Shown here: positions 38,498-49,496 of the stretch, piece by piece | Layout: every line of letters starts with the position of its first letter | Numbering within the stretch: the first letter of the stretch is position 1 | Source of the DNA: Patescibacteria group bacterium | GTDB lineage: Archaea; Nanobdellota; Nanobdellia; Pacearchaeales; GW2011-AR1 | Direction of reading: 5' to 3' | DNA: 64,000 nt | NCBI GenBank assembly: GCA_019428815.1 | Contig: JAHYJW010000002.1 | Coordinates: forward strand, 11,725 to 75,724 | Program-made: the position numbers and the translations under genes | Notes under the pieces: generated by a model | Seen by the model: only the letters and a program-made list of their open reading frames with translations | Database searches by the model: none | What the model was told of the DNA's origin: nothing

Positions 38498-39304
38498 TTA
38501 TTTTACAGGTTCCATGTCTTTCCAAGCAAGATCAAAAAGTTGTTCTAATGCTTGAGCAAAGAATTCAGTATTAATCCAAATTCCAATGTCATAATTAGGA
38601 TGGAATTTTTCATCATCTAAAAGCATGAACATAACTTGATTAGAGTCTATTACGATAAATCTCGCTTTAAATTGACTAAGACTTCTAACTTCTGCAACTT
38701 TTTTAAAATCTTTTGCTATTTTTTGGTTATTACTATCAATTGGTGCAGCAATTCTAATTTTTACACCCCTTTTCTTACACTTTTCTAATGCAGGAAGTAA
38801 AAATTCTAATTTTCGGTTTAAGCCTTCAGAAGTAGTGATCATAGTTATTGATTTTTCTGCATCACGAACCATCATATCTAAATGATTATAAAGATTTTGT
38901 CTGCCCCTTATACTACCGGATAAATCTGAAGGCTCTACGAATTTTACCCCTTTTGTAAATAAGGAGTTTAACTCATTAAGAACATCATCGCCCTTTAAAG
39001 TTTCAAGTCTTTGGGATTTTTCCTTTGCCTCGACTAAAAGGTTTTTCTTAACTCTTTCTACTACCTCTTCTGGCCCCAAAGCAACAAACTTAATCGGTTT
39101 ACCCAATTTCATTATGATAAATCCTTTTTTCTCTAAACTCTCTAAGATATCATATGTCCTAGATCTAGGAACATCAGAAATATTACTCAGTTCTCCTGCT
39201 GTTGAAGTCCCTCTTGAAAGAAGAGCTGTCCAGACTTTGACTTCATAAAGGTTTAAATCAAATATTTTTCGTAATCTGCTTAAAAATTCTTCTTTGACTA
39301 TCAT
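38498..39304 (-). CDS. TrmB family regulator (TrmBL2-like)
   Basis: LNLYEVKVW.ALL..G..TAGELS..S.VPRSRTYDILESLEKKGF. Confidence 0.92.
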   Translation of the reverse strand: MIVKEEFLSRLRKIFDLNLYEVKVWTALLSRGTSTAGELSNISDVPRSRTYDILESLEKKGFIIMKLGKPIKFVALGPEEVVERVKKNLLVEAKEKSQRLETLKGDDVLNELNSLFTKGVKFVEPSDLSGSIRGRQNLYNHLDMMVRDAEKSITMITTSEGLNRKLEFLLPALEKCKKRGVKIRIAAPIDSNNQKIAKDFKKVAEVRSLSQFKARFIVIDSNQVMFMLLDDEKFHPNYDIGIWINTEFFAQALEQLFDLAWKDMEPVK

Positions 39305-39387
39305 TTTAGTTTATGACTGTTTCTATATCCCTTATTAATGGGAACTCTTTTTAAAGATTGTTATGATAAAAGAGTAACCTATCGCAA

Positions 39388-42249
39388 TTACCTTGCGGTG
39401 ATGATAATTACAATATCTCCTCTTTTGTCCTTTATACTAAACCTTATTTTGTTTTTAAAGTTTTCCTTGTATTCACTTTCGAGTTTCTTGTTTTCTATTA
39501 TCTCTAAAGAAACCGAGTTAGTTCTCTCTTTTATAAAAATGAGATTTTGATCTAAGATTTCTTTAAATTCCTTATCAGTTACTATAAGCAATTTTATTTT
39601 TTCTTTTTTCTCGAGGCCTAAACTTTTCCTGAAGTCCTGGACTTTCCGAGAAATCTCTCTAGCATAACCTTCTGCTTCAAGATCTTTAGAAACCTTTGAA
39701 TCAAGTTCTACCAAAATTTTATTATTCTCTATTCCCTTTGAGTAAGTTAATTTTTTGACATTTAGTTGTTCTTTTATTAGAGATTCTTCTTCTTTATTTA
39801 GAATAAAATTATCAATAGATATATTGGCATTAAGTAAGGGCCATTTTAAGCCAATACCAATCTTATCTCTTTCCCTTAAACCCAAAGAGATTATCTCCCT
39901 TATTTTTGTCATTTTTTCGGATATTTTCTTTTCTATCTTTTTTTTATCAAATCTAGGAAAATTTTCAAGATGAACAGATTTTAAGTTAGGATTTAGTTTA
40001 TGAAATATTTCTTCAGAAACAAAAGGTAAAACTGGTGCGATAGTTTTTGAAAAAACATCTAATACATAACCTAATGTTTGTATTGCATTTTTTTCTTCTT
40101 CAAATCTATTTCGATTAATTCTAACATACCAGGTAGATAAATCTTCAACAAAGGATTTTATCTCTACACATGCATGAAGGGTATCATAATCCTCTAAATA
40201 TTGGTTTATTTTAATTCCAAAGTCATTTAACCTAGAGATAATCCACTTATCAGTTAAGTTTTTACTTAAAGGATTTTTAATCTTTTCTTCTTTTCTGGTT
40301 ATTTCGTAAAATCTCAACACATTATAGAGGATAAGAATCACTTTTCTATAAACCTCTTCAACACCCTTATCTGAGAAATTAATATCTTCTGCATTCATAA
40401 CAGAGCTTGACATAAGATAAAACCTCAAGGCATCTACACCATACTTTTTAATTAAAATCATTGGATCTGTAAAATTATTCTTACTTTTACTCATTTTTTG
40501 ACCATCTTCAGCAAGAATAGTCCCAGTGGTTACCACGTTCTCAAATGGAGCTTCATCGAATAAAATTGCTGAAAGAACCATCATATAGTAAAACCAAGTT
40601 CTTACTTGAGCAATGTACTCTGCAACAAAATCTGAAGGAAAACTTTTTTTAAAGAGTTCTTTATTTTCAAAAGGATAATGAAATTGGGCAAAGGTCATAG
40701 CTCCGGACTCAAACCAACAATCCAGAACTTCAGGAATTCTTTTGAATTCTTTTCCATTTTTTTCTAAGATTAATTCATCTAAATAATCTTTATGGAGATT
40801 AATCTCCCCCTTAAGATTTTTTGCATATTTTTTTAGTTCATCTATACTTCCAATAACAAGTTTTTCTCCGTCTACAGAAACCCACACGGGCATAGCACTT
40901 GCCCAATACCTATTTCTAGAGATATTCCAATCTGGAGCAGTTTCTATTGTATACCTTACCCTTCCTTTTTTAAGAAAGCTAGGATACCAGTTTATTTTTT
41001 GACTTATTTCAAGAAGTCGGGGTTTTATTTTTTGTATATCAACAAACCATGCAGGTATAGCCCGATATATCAGTTTGGTATCACATCTGCAACAGAAGGG
41101 GTATTCATGTTCTGTTTTCTTAATAAGAACAATCTTGTTATCTCTCTTCAAAAAATTTATTATTTCTTGATTTGAATCGTGAACAAATCTCCCTTTGAAA
41201 TCTTTAACAACCGGTTGAAATTTGCCTTGATCATCGATGGGATTAACTAGGGGGATATTATTTTTTTTGCATATTTCATAATCATCTTCTCCAAAAGCTG
41301 GGGCTGTATGAACAATACCTGTTCCGTCTTCAGCAGTTACAAACTTACCTAAAAGAAATCTAAAAGCATTAGGGGTGTCTTTAAAATAAGGGAATAGAGG
41401 CTCATATCTTTTATTTTCCAAATCCTTTCCTTTTATCTCTTTTATTATATCATAACTGTCCTTACTCTTAAAGAACTTATCAATCACATCTTTAACAAGA
41501 AGGTAAGTTTTTTCATCAGATTTGTCCTTTAAGTAAACATAGTTCAAAGAAGGATTTATTGTTAGAGCAAGGTTTGAAGGCAAGGTCCAGGGAGTAGTAG
41601 TCCATGCAAGTGCATAAACATCCTCATCTAAAAGTTTAAACTTCACAACTATAGAATCTTCTTTTATAGTTCTATAAGAATTATCCATAGCAATCTCAGC
41701 TTTAGCCAAAGGTGTAGAACATCTAGGACAGTACATTAATACCTTTTCCCCTTCATAAATAAAACCTTTTTCCCACAGTTGTTTAAATGCCCACCAAACA
41801 GATTCTATATACTCCTTATCCATAGTTTTATAGGCTTTGTCCATATCAACCCACCTAGCTATTCTTTCAATAACTTTTTTCCATTCAGAAGAATAACCCA
41901 TAACACTATTCTTACAGTATTCATTGAATTTTTTTACGCCAAGTTCTCTAATCTCTGTTTTAGAATTTATCTTTAACCCTTTTTCAGCAATATTTTCTAC
42001 TGGTAATCCATGACAATCCCATCCCCAAACTCTTCGAACATATTTTCCTTTCATAGTCCAAAATCTCCCAAAGATGTCTTTTGTAACAGATCCTAAAATA
42101 TGACCATAATGGGGGGTTCCTGTTGCAAATGGGGGGCCATCATAGAATAAATAAGGTTTTTTGGATTTAGTCTTTATTAAAGATTTTTCAAAAATCTTGT
42201 TTTTATTCCAAAACTTTAAAATTTCTTCTTCAACATCATTAATTTCCAT
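39388..42249 (-). CDS. ileS: Isoleucyl-tRNA synthetase
   Basis: DGPPFATG.PHYGH, GWDCHGLP, WTTTPWTLP, KMSKS. Confidence 0.97.
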   Translation of the reverse strand: MEINDVEEEILKFWNKNKIFEKSLIKTKSKKPYLFYDGPPFATGTPHYGHILGSVTKDIFGRFWTMKGKYVRRVWGWDCHGLPVENIAEKGLKINSKTEIRELGVKKFNEYCKNSVMGYSSEWKKVIERIARWVDMDKAYKTMDKEYIESVWWAFKQLWEKGFIYEGEKVLMYCPRCSTPLAKAEIAMDNSYRTIKEDSIVVKFKLLDEDVYALAWTTTPWTLPSNLALTINPSLNYVYLKDKSDEKTYLLVKDVIDKFFKSKDSYDIIKEIKGKDLENKRYEPLFPYFKDTPNAFRFLLGKFVTAEDGTGIVHTAPAFGEDDYEICKKNNIPLVNPIDDQGKFQPVVKDFKGRFVHDSNQEIINFLKRDNKIVLIKKTEHEYPFCCRCDTKLIYRAIPAWFVDIQKIKPRLLEISQKINWYPSFLKKGRVRYTIETAPDWNISRNRYWASAMPVWVSVDGEKLVIGSIDELKKYAKNLKGEINLHKDYLDELILEKNGKEFKRIPEVLDCWFESGAMTFAQFHYPFENKELFKKSFPSDFVAEYIAQVRTWFYYMMVLSAILFDEAPFENVVTTGTILAEDGQKMSKSKNNFTDPMILIKKYGVDALRFYLMSSSVMNAEDINFSDKGVEEVYRKVILILYNVLRFYEITRKEEKIKNPLSKNLTDKWIISRLNDFGIKINQYLEDYDTLHACVEIKSFVEDLSTWYVRINRNRFEEEKNAIQTLGYVLDVFSKTIAPVLPFVSEEIFHKLNPNLKSVHLENFPRFDKKKIEKKISEKMTKIREIISLGLRERDKIGIGLKWPLLNANISIDNFILNKEEESLIKEQLNVKKLTYSKGIENNKILVELDSKVSKDLEAEGYAREISRKVQDFRKSLGLEKKEKIKLLIVTDKEFKEILDQNLIFIKERTNSVSLEIIENKKLESEYKENFKNKIRFSIKDKRGDIVIIITAR

Positions 42250-42330
42250 TTTATTGAATTGTATGAACTTTTTAACCTCTTAAATTTTAAGAGTACCATA
42301 TTTTTAAATAGTTAGTTTAGATATAAAAAA

Positions 42331-43041
42331 TTAAATTTCATTTAAAAATTCTTTTTCTGTGAAATGGAGTTTTCCAGGAATGATAAAACAAAAAGGTTTT
42401 TCTAAATCTTTTTGTTTTAGATTGGAGATATCTTCGTAGTAAACTTTTGAATTTTTACATCCAAGTCTTGAACAAACAACTATTTTTGTTAGAGGAACTT
42501 CATTATTCTCACAATCTTTTCTTAGTTTTTCTAATGCAACATTAAAATTTAATCCGATGTCCACTAATATTAAGGTATGTGCTTGGATACTCTGATTTTC
42601 CTTAATAACTTCAGTGTAACTAGAAGCCTCAAAATCAGGCATAGAAGTAATCTTACCAAACTTGTATAGTTGAAGACCGGTTTCAGAAACAGCATCAAAG
42701 ATAGATGCATTATGAATAACCCTGGTTTTAACGTTCGATTTTTTAGCTTCATTTATTAAAGAAATATGGGTAGTTGCCATAAGAGGAGAACCATAGATTA
42801 ATAGAACAATGTCTGAATCTTTAGATTCCAAAAAAAGTTTTTCCATTTCTTGTTCAACAAAACCCCTATCAACCTGAATTATTTTTCCCTTAAGATTTAA
42901 CTGATTTTCTAAATCTTGGAGATCATAGGGGAAATCAACAGTATAGTTTTCAAGATATACTGCTTTAGCTTCAGAGATTATTCTTTCTGTTTCTTTATTA
43001 TAAGAATTTTCATTTAAACCTAATCCTATTAAATACAACAT
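42331..43041 (-). CDS. dph5: Diphthine synthase
   Basis: MLYLIGLGL, LE.YT, G.P..ATTH, GLQLYKFG, HTL.L.DI; ATG 43041 preferred. Confidence 0.92.
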   Translation of the reverse strand: MLYLIGLGLNENSYNKETERIISEAKAVYLENYTVDFPYDLQDLENQLNLKGKIIQVDRGFVEQEMEKLFLESKDSDIVLLIYGSPLMATTHISLINEAKKSNVKTRVIHNASIFDAVSETGLQLYKFGKITSMPDFEASSYTEVIKENQSIQAHTLILVDIGLNFNVALEKLRKDCENNEVPLTKIVVCSRLGCKNSKVYYEDISNLKQKDLEKPFCFIIPGKLHFTEKEFLNEI

Positions 43042-43143
43042 AAAAAAGTTAAAATAAGGGCATTTATTAAGATATCTCCTTAACTTCAACCTAACCTTGA
43101 ATGAGGGATAAACTTATATAAAGAGATTTTACAGTTTAGATAT

Positions 43144-43539
43144 ATGGATATTAAAAAGTTTAGAAATTTTACATTGAGTTCAGGTGCAGAGATATTCTTA
43201 GGGAAAAATGCAGATAATAATGACAAGCTTGTTAGTTATTTTAAAGGAAAACCTAACGTGATTATCCATACAATTGCCCCTGGAAGCCCTTTTTGTGTTA
43301 TTGAAAAACTAAATCCAAATAGAGAAGAGATAAAAGAGGCTTCGATAATCTGTGCATCTAAAAGTCAAAATTGGAGGGATCACCACTCTAATGTAGACTT
43401 ACATGTTTTTACTGGTAAGGATGTTAAAAAAACATTATTTGCTAAAAAAGGTACTTGGAAAGTAAAGAAAAAGGCTGAAATTGTCCAAATTAAAAAAGAA
43501 GATATATTAAAATTTGAAAGTAAGACTAAGAAAAAATGA
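43144..43539 (+). CDS. NFACT RNA-binding domain (DUF814) protein
   Basis: GKNADNND.LV...IHT..PGSPF.VI. Confidence 0.8.
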   Translation: MDIKKFRNFTLSSGAEIFLGKNADNNDKLVSYFKGKPNVIIHTIAPGSPFCVIEKLNPNREEIKEASIICASKSQNWRDHHSNVDLHVFTGKDVKKTLFAKKGTWKVKKKAEIVQIKKEDILKFESKTKKK

Positions 43540-43778
43540 GACAAACAAACATCCAACTAGGAAAGAATAGAATAACTGAGAACTTTATCGAAACTTTAAA
43601 AAGCCACTTTAAAAAACATGACACTGTAAAAATTTCAGTTTTGAAAAGTGCAGATACTAAAAAAGAAAACATCAGACTATATGCTAATGAAATATTAGAA
43701 AAGATGGGGGTTAATTATACAGCAAGGATAATTGGATTTACTATATCTCTAAAAAAATGGAGAAGGCCTCAAAGATAA
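43536..43778 (+). CDS. YhbY/CRM-domain RNA-binding protein
   Basis: IQLGKN.IT......K......VKI.VLKS...IIG. Confidence 0.8.
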   Translation: MRQTNIQLGKNRITENFIETLKSHFKKHDTVKISVLKSADTKKENIRLYANEILEKMGVNYTARIIGFTISLKKWRRPQR

Positions 43779-43868
43779 ATTGTTAATTTTTAGTTTAAGT
43801 AAAGATTGATTTACAGAATAGAAAATTTTAAAAAAAGAGATTTTTAAAATAGATAAGGAAAAAATAAA

Positions 43869-45762
<1,894 letters not shown>

Positions 45763-45851
45763 ACAGATGATCCTATAATGCAAACTCTTTATTTCAATTC
45801 TTTAAAAATCTAAAGAGATACTTTTATAAACCGATAGCATATTACTTTTTA

Positions 45852-45892
45852 GGTCAACAGCCTAGAGCTGTTCTAATGTCGAAAGACATGCC
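45852..45892 (+). ncRNA. Candidate structured 5' leader of rps19e
   Basis: Hairpins AACAGC-CTAGA-GCTGTT and ATGTC-GAAA-GACAT, possibly closed by GGT/GCC. Confidence 0.5.
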
Positions 45893-45904
45893 ATAACAAT
45901 CAGA

Positions 45905-46327
45905 ATGGAAAAAGATAACAAGAATTCAGTTTATGAACTTAATGCTCAGGAATATAATCTTAAGCTAGCAAAAGCTTTGAAAGAGGTTTCAGAGTTTAAA
46001 GAGCCAGAATGGGCAATGTTCATTAAATCAAGTTCTGGAAAAGAAAGACCCATTAATGACCCTGATTTCTGGCATAAAAGAGCTGCAAGTATCTTAAGAC
46101 AAATTTACAAAAAAAAGATAGTAGGGGTTAGTCGTTTAAGAACAAGATACGGAAGTAAAAAAAAGAGGGGAAATAGACCAGAAAGATTCAGAAGAGCTGG
46201 AGGAAAAATAATCAGGACAATTTTACAACAATCTGATTCTGCAGGTTTTACAGAGGTTGAAAAAGGAAAAAAACCTGGAAGAAAATTAACACAAAAAGGA
46301 AAATCTTTTTTAGAAAATATCAAATAA
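45905..46327 (+). CDS. rps19e: Ribosomal protein eS19
   Basis: PEWA.F.K....KERP....W..RAASILR..Y....GV..LR..YG. Confidence 0.96.
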   Translation: MEKDNKNSVYELNAQEYNLKLAKALKEVSEFKEPEWAMFIKSSSGKERPINDPDFWHKRAASILRQIYKKKIVGVSRLRTRYGSKKKRGNRPERFRRAGGKIIRTILQQSDSAGFTEVEKGKKPGRKLTQKGKSFLENIK

Positions 46328-46333
46328 ATTAAA

Positions 46334-46537
46334 ATGGGAATAAAAAATCCGAAAAAAAAGGCAACTCTTGAAAAGAAAGCTAAACAAACCAAGTGGGCTC
46401 CTATTTGGGCTGTTTTAAAAAAGTATGGTGTGGGAAAAAAGATCCATCCATCTAGCTTAACTAGACATAGAAGGTCCTGGAAAAGAACTAAACTTCATAT
46501 TAAACCAAGAAAACAAAGAAAGTCTCATTTTGGTTAA
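46334..46537 (+). CDS. rpl39e: Ribosomal protein eL39
   Basis: KK..L.K..KQ....P.W...K...RR.WKRTKL; located between eS19 and eL31. Confidence 0.88.
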   Translation: MGIKNPKKKATLEKKAKQTKWAPIWAVLKKYGVGKKIHPSSLTRHRRSWKRTKLHIKPRKQRKSHFG

Positions 46538-46559
46538 ATAAAATAAATCTAAGAAGAAT

Positions 46560-47144
46560 ATGGCAGAAAAAAAAGGAAAGAAAACTGAAGAAAGAGAAGA
46601 AAGAGAGTACATCATTCCTCTTAGAGCTAACTGGACAAAGGTTCCAAGGTATAAGAGAGCAAATAAAGCAGTAAAAACAATAAAAGAATTCTTAGCGAGG
46701 CATATGAAAGTTCGGGACAGAGACTTAAATAAAATTAAATTAGAAGGTTACATTAACGAATTTGTTTGGTTAAAGGGAATAAAAAAACCCCCAGTTAAAA
46801 TAAAAGTGAAGGTGTTTAAAGATGGAGAAATTGTGAGAGCAAAACTTTCTGAACTTCCAGAGAAATTAAAATTCAAAAAAGAAAGAGAACAAAAAATGGA
46901 AGAAAAGGCTCATAAATCTATTGAAAAAAAGAAAGAAGAAGTTAAAAAAAATGAAGAAGAAATGAGTGAAAAGAAAACGCCTGAAAGAACAGAAGAAGAT
47001 GAAAAGAAAGAGAAAGAAAAAACTATTTCAGGAGAAGAATCAATGAAAAAGTTAGAAAAAGAAGCTTCAATAAGAGAAAAACATATGTCAAAGAGTAAAG
47101 TTAAAGAACCAAAACATCAAAAAAGAATGGCTTTAAAAAAATGA
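46560..47144 (+). CDS. rpl31e: Ribosomal protein eL31 with long charged C-terminal extension
   Basis: EREY.IPLR...PR.KRA.KAVK.I.EF..RHMK...IN..VW..G..KPP. Confidence 0.93.
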   Translation: MAEKKGKKTEEREEREYIIPLRANWTKVPRYKRANKAVKTIKEFLARHMKVRDRDLNKIKLEGYINEFVWLKGIKKPPVKIKVKVFKDGEIVRAKLSELPEKLKFKKEREQKMEEKAHKSIEKKKEEVKKNEEEMSEKKTPERTEEDEKKEKEKTISGEESMKKLEKEASIREKHMSKSKVKEPKHQKRMALKK

Positions 47145-47171
47145 TTCTAAATTTGTTTCATTTTGTTTAAG

Positions 47172-47564
47172 ATGGTTTTAAAAAAAAGATCTTTTTATCG
47201 GAAAATTTTTTCCTTTTTTTTATTTTTCTTAATTTTAACACTAACAACAGACTCAGCATCTAACTTAAGCTTAATAACTAAAGAAAATAAATTTGATTAT
47301 AATCCCACTGGATTTTTGATTTTTAGAGAATCTCAAAATTCAAAAAGTTTCAATCTTTTTGATTTAGATAATTCTAATGCTCAAGTATATTTCACACATT
47401 CTTATACACAAGCAATCTGCGATGAAAAAAACCTTTGTAAAGATTTTGAGTTTTTTTGTTATAATGAAAAGATTGTAGAGATTATTTCTACGGAATCATC
47501 AGTTCAATTTCCAAAGAACTGGGAAGATTTAAGGCCAGAAAGATTGAAGGATAATATGTGCTAA
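47172..47564 (+). CDS. Hypothetical secreted/membrane protein
   Basis: N-terminal hydrophobic segment, four Cys. Confidence 0.6.
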   Translation: MVLKKRSFYRKIFSFFLFFLILTLTTDSASNLSLITKENKFDYNPTGFLIFRESQNSKSFNLFDLDNSNAQVYFTHSYTQAICDEKNLCKDFEFFCYNEKIVEIISTESSVQFPKNWEDLRPERLKDNMC

Positions 47565-47691
47565 GTAAGACTTAGGTTCTAAATAAAAATTTTCGAAAAA
47601 AGAGTATGTTATTTTTAAAATTAAAATTTTTTTTAAAAAAAGGTTCTTTTTAGTTTGTTAATTTAAATTTAAAAAAAGATTTGTCTTTTAT

Positions 47692-47886
47692 TTAAGATAA
47701 ACTTTTGAGGTCAGATTTTTCATTATCTTTTTTTTGTTTAGAAACCCATCTTACCTTTCTTTTTTTCATTTGCATATTTTTTCTGCACTTTGAAGAACAA
47801 AGATAGTTAATTGTCCCGTCATTCATAACTAGGGTAGTTCCTTTTGGGATTTCGTATTGTTTTCCGCAATATACACACTTAGGCAT
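47692..47886 (-). CDS. rpl24e: Ribosomal protein eL24
   Basis: C..CG.....G.....NDG....CSSKC TRASH motif. Confidence 0.95.
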   Translation of the reverse strand: MPKCVYCGKQYEIPKGTTLVMNDGTINYLCSSKCRKNMQMKKRKVRWVSKQKKDNEKSDLKSLS

Positions 47887-47915
47887 TTTTATTTTTTTGA
47901 AATTTAATTTAATTT

Positions 47916-48380
47916 TTAATTTGAATACTCTTCAAAAGGGGGGTTCTTTTGGAGATTAATGTCATTGTATTTTCTAGTAAATTCTCTAAAGAGTCTCCCA
48001 CAACAATGTTGGAGGTATTTCATGTTTTCCAAAAATTCTTTCTCAGTGTCTGAAAGAGAACATCCTAACTCTTCATTTTTAATAACTTCAAGTAATCCAT
48101 TTAATTTTTCAACTGTTCCCCCTCTAGTAACCTCTTCTCGAGGGCCCAATATATGGAGAATATACCTATTTTTTCTTTCATCTTTGCTTTCTTTATTTCC
48201 TGAAAGATTAACTGAACCTTTAACAAAATAATCTTTTTCTAATTTTTCTCTTAAAGTATCATAAAAATACTTTGAAAGGTGGTCTATTTCTACAACCTCT
48301 GAGGGATGTTCCTCTAGGGTTGAGAATACTCTTCTTTCTAAATTTTTTAGTTTAGCTTGAGATCTTTCGAATTTACCCAT
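47916..48380 (-). CDS. Hypothetical protein inserted in ribosomal protein operon
   Basis: 154-aa ORF co-oriented between rps28e and rpl24e. Confidence 0.65.
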   Translation of the reverse strand: MGKFERSQAKLKNLERRVFSTLEEHPSEVVEIDHLSKYFYDTLREKLEKDYFVKGSVNLSGNKESKDERKNRYILHILGPREEVTRGGTVEKLNGLLEVIKNEELGCSLSDTEKEFLENMKYLQHCCGRLFREFTRKYNDINLQKNPPFEEYSN

Positions 48381-48394
48381 TTTGAATTTCCTTT

Positions 48395-48685
48395 TTATGT
48401 ATATGCTCCTTTTGTGACCTTTGATTTTATTCTTCTTGCTTCGATTTCAGTTTCTCTTAAAATTAAATAATCGCCAATTCTTACTGGTCCTTTAACGTTT
48501 CTCCTCATTACCCTTCCCTTGTCTCTTCCTTCTTTTACTAAACATTTCACCTGGGTAACCTCACCCCTAAACCCAGTTCTACCGATTATCTCTTGAACTA
48601 ATGCAGGGGAAGTTTCTCCGACTATTCTATCGCTTTTTTTAGCTTTAGATTTTCGTTCTTCTCCTTGATTTTTTTGGTTTTTCAT
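48395..48685 (-). CDS. rps28e: Ribosomal protein eS28
   Basis: [15 protein letters not shown]...[18 protein letters not shown]. Confidence 0.96.
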   Translation of the reverse strand: MKNQKNQGEERKSKAKKSDRIVGETSPALVQEIIGRTGFRGEVTQVKCLVKEGRDKGRVMRRNVKGPVRIGDYLILRETEIEARRIKSKVTKGAYT

Positions 48686-48743
48686 TTTTATTTAGGAGTT
48701 TATAATAAGGAACTTTCAAAGTCACAAGCTTTGTAAACTCGAT

Positions 48744-49046
48744 TTATTTCAAAGAAGTTATATCTTTTTCAGCATCACCAGATTGAATAACCACTACTGA
48801 TGAAGCTGGTACAGGAATTCCTACTGCAATTCCTAATTTTTGTTTACTCTCAACTTCCTTACATAAAACATTTTTTTCTTTGCACAAAATAGGGAGATGT
48901 TGAACGATTTCCTTTGGCTCAACGTCTAAAGCATAAACCACAAGTTTAGCAGTTCCCCTTTCTATAGCTTTTGTAACTTCATTTGTTCCTTTTTCTACTT
49001 TTCCTGTCTTTCTTGCTTTTTCTATTATAGAGTATATATCTGCCAT
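48744..49046 (-). CDS. rpl7ae: Ribosomal protein L7Ae (eL8)
   Basis: KGTNEVTKAIERG.AKLV..A.DV.P.EIV.HLP.LC. Confidence 0.96.
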   Translation of the reverse strand: MADIYSIIEKARKTGKVEKGTNEVTKAIERGTAKLVVYALDVEPKEIVQHLPILCKEKNVLCKEVESKQKLGIAVGIPVPASSVVVIQSGDAEKDITSLK

Positions 49047-49064
49047 TTTATTTTAATTTATTGA

Positions 49065-49101
49065 GAACGAATTTTTTCCTCCCGAAAATTCGTTCATCGG
49101 A
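49065..49101 (-). ncRNA. rpl7ae leader: kink-turn with mutually exclusive hairpin
   Basis: UCC-GAU-GAACGA-AUUU-UCGGGA-GGA k-turn; alternative stem GAACGAAUUUU/AAAAUUCGUUC. Confidence 0.8.
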
Positions 49102-49217
49102 TAGGTATTATGACAAATTTTCATTTAAAAATGTTTTGTAATTGGAGTATAATAATTTCTAAATCCCCAAAGTTCAATAAACACCAAATGTTATCATATT
49201 CGGGACATTAAAAGACT

Positions 49218-49472
49218 TCATTTATATCTGATTATTAAGAATAATATTGTAAGTGTAAAAGTTAAACTTATCCCATTTGAAAGAATCAAAGGAAAATCTT
49301 TAATTAAAATTCCATATAAAAGCCATAAAAAAAGACCAGTAGCAAGCATTAGATACATTCCCAAAGATAAATCTTTAGTATGCTTAGTTTTTATAGTCTT
49401 TATTGCTTGTGGTAAAAATGATGCGTTTGTAAAAATTACTGCAACTAATCCTAAGAGTATAATTAATTCCAT
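49218..49472 (-). CDS. SemiSWEET (PQ-loop) transporter
   Basis: FLPQ.IK..KTK..DLS...LWL.YG...PLI..N. Confidence 0.92.
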   Translation of the reverse strand: MELIILLGLVAVIFTNASFLPQAIKTIKTKHTKDLSLGMYLMLATGLFLWLLYGILIKDFPLILSNGISLTFTLTILFLIIRYK

Positions 49473-49496
49473 GATCTTTAGTTTGTCTTTAAGAGT

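Noticed and set aside
45763..45900. Hammerhead ribozyme suggested by CAGATGA and GAAA
   Set aside because: The core CUGAnGA is not matched and the stems are not arranged as in a hammerhead
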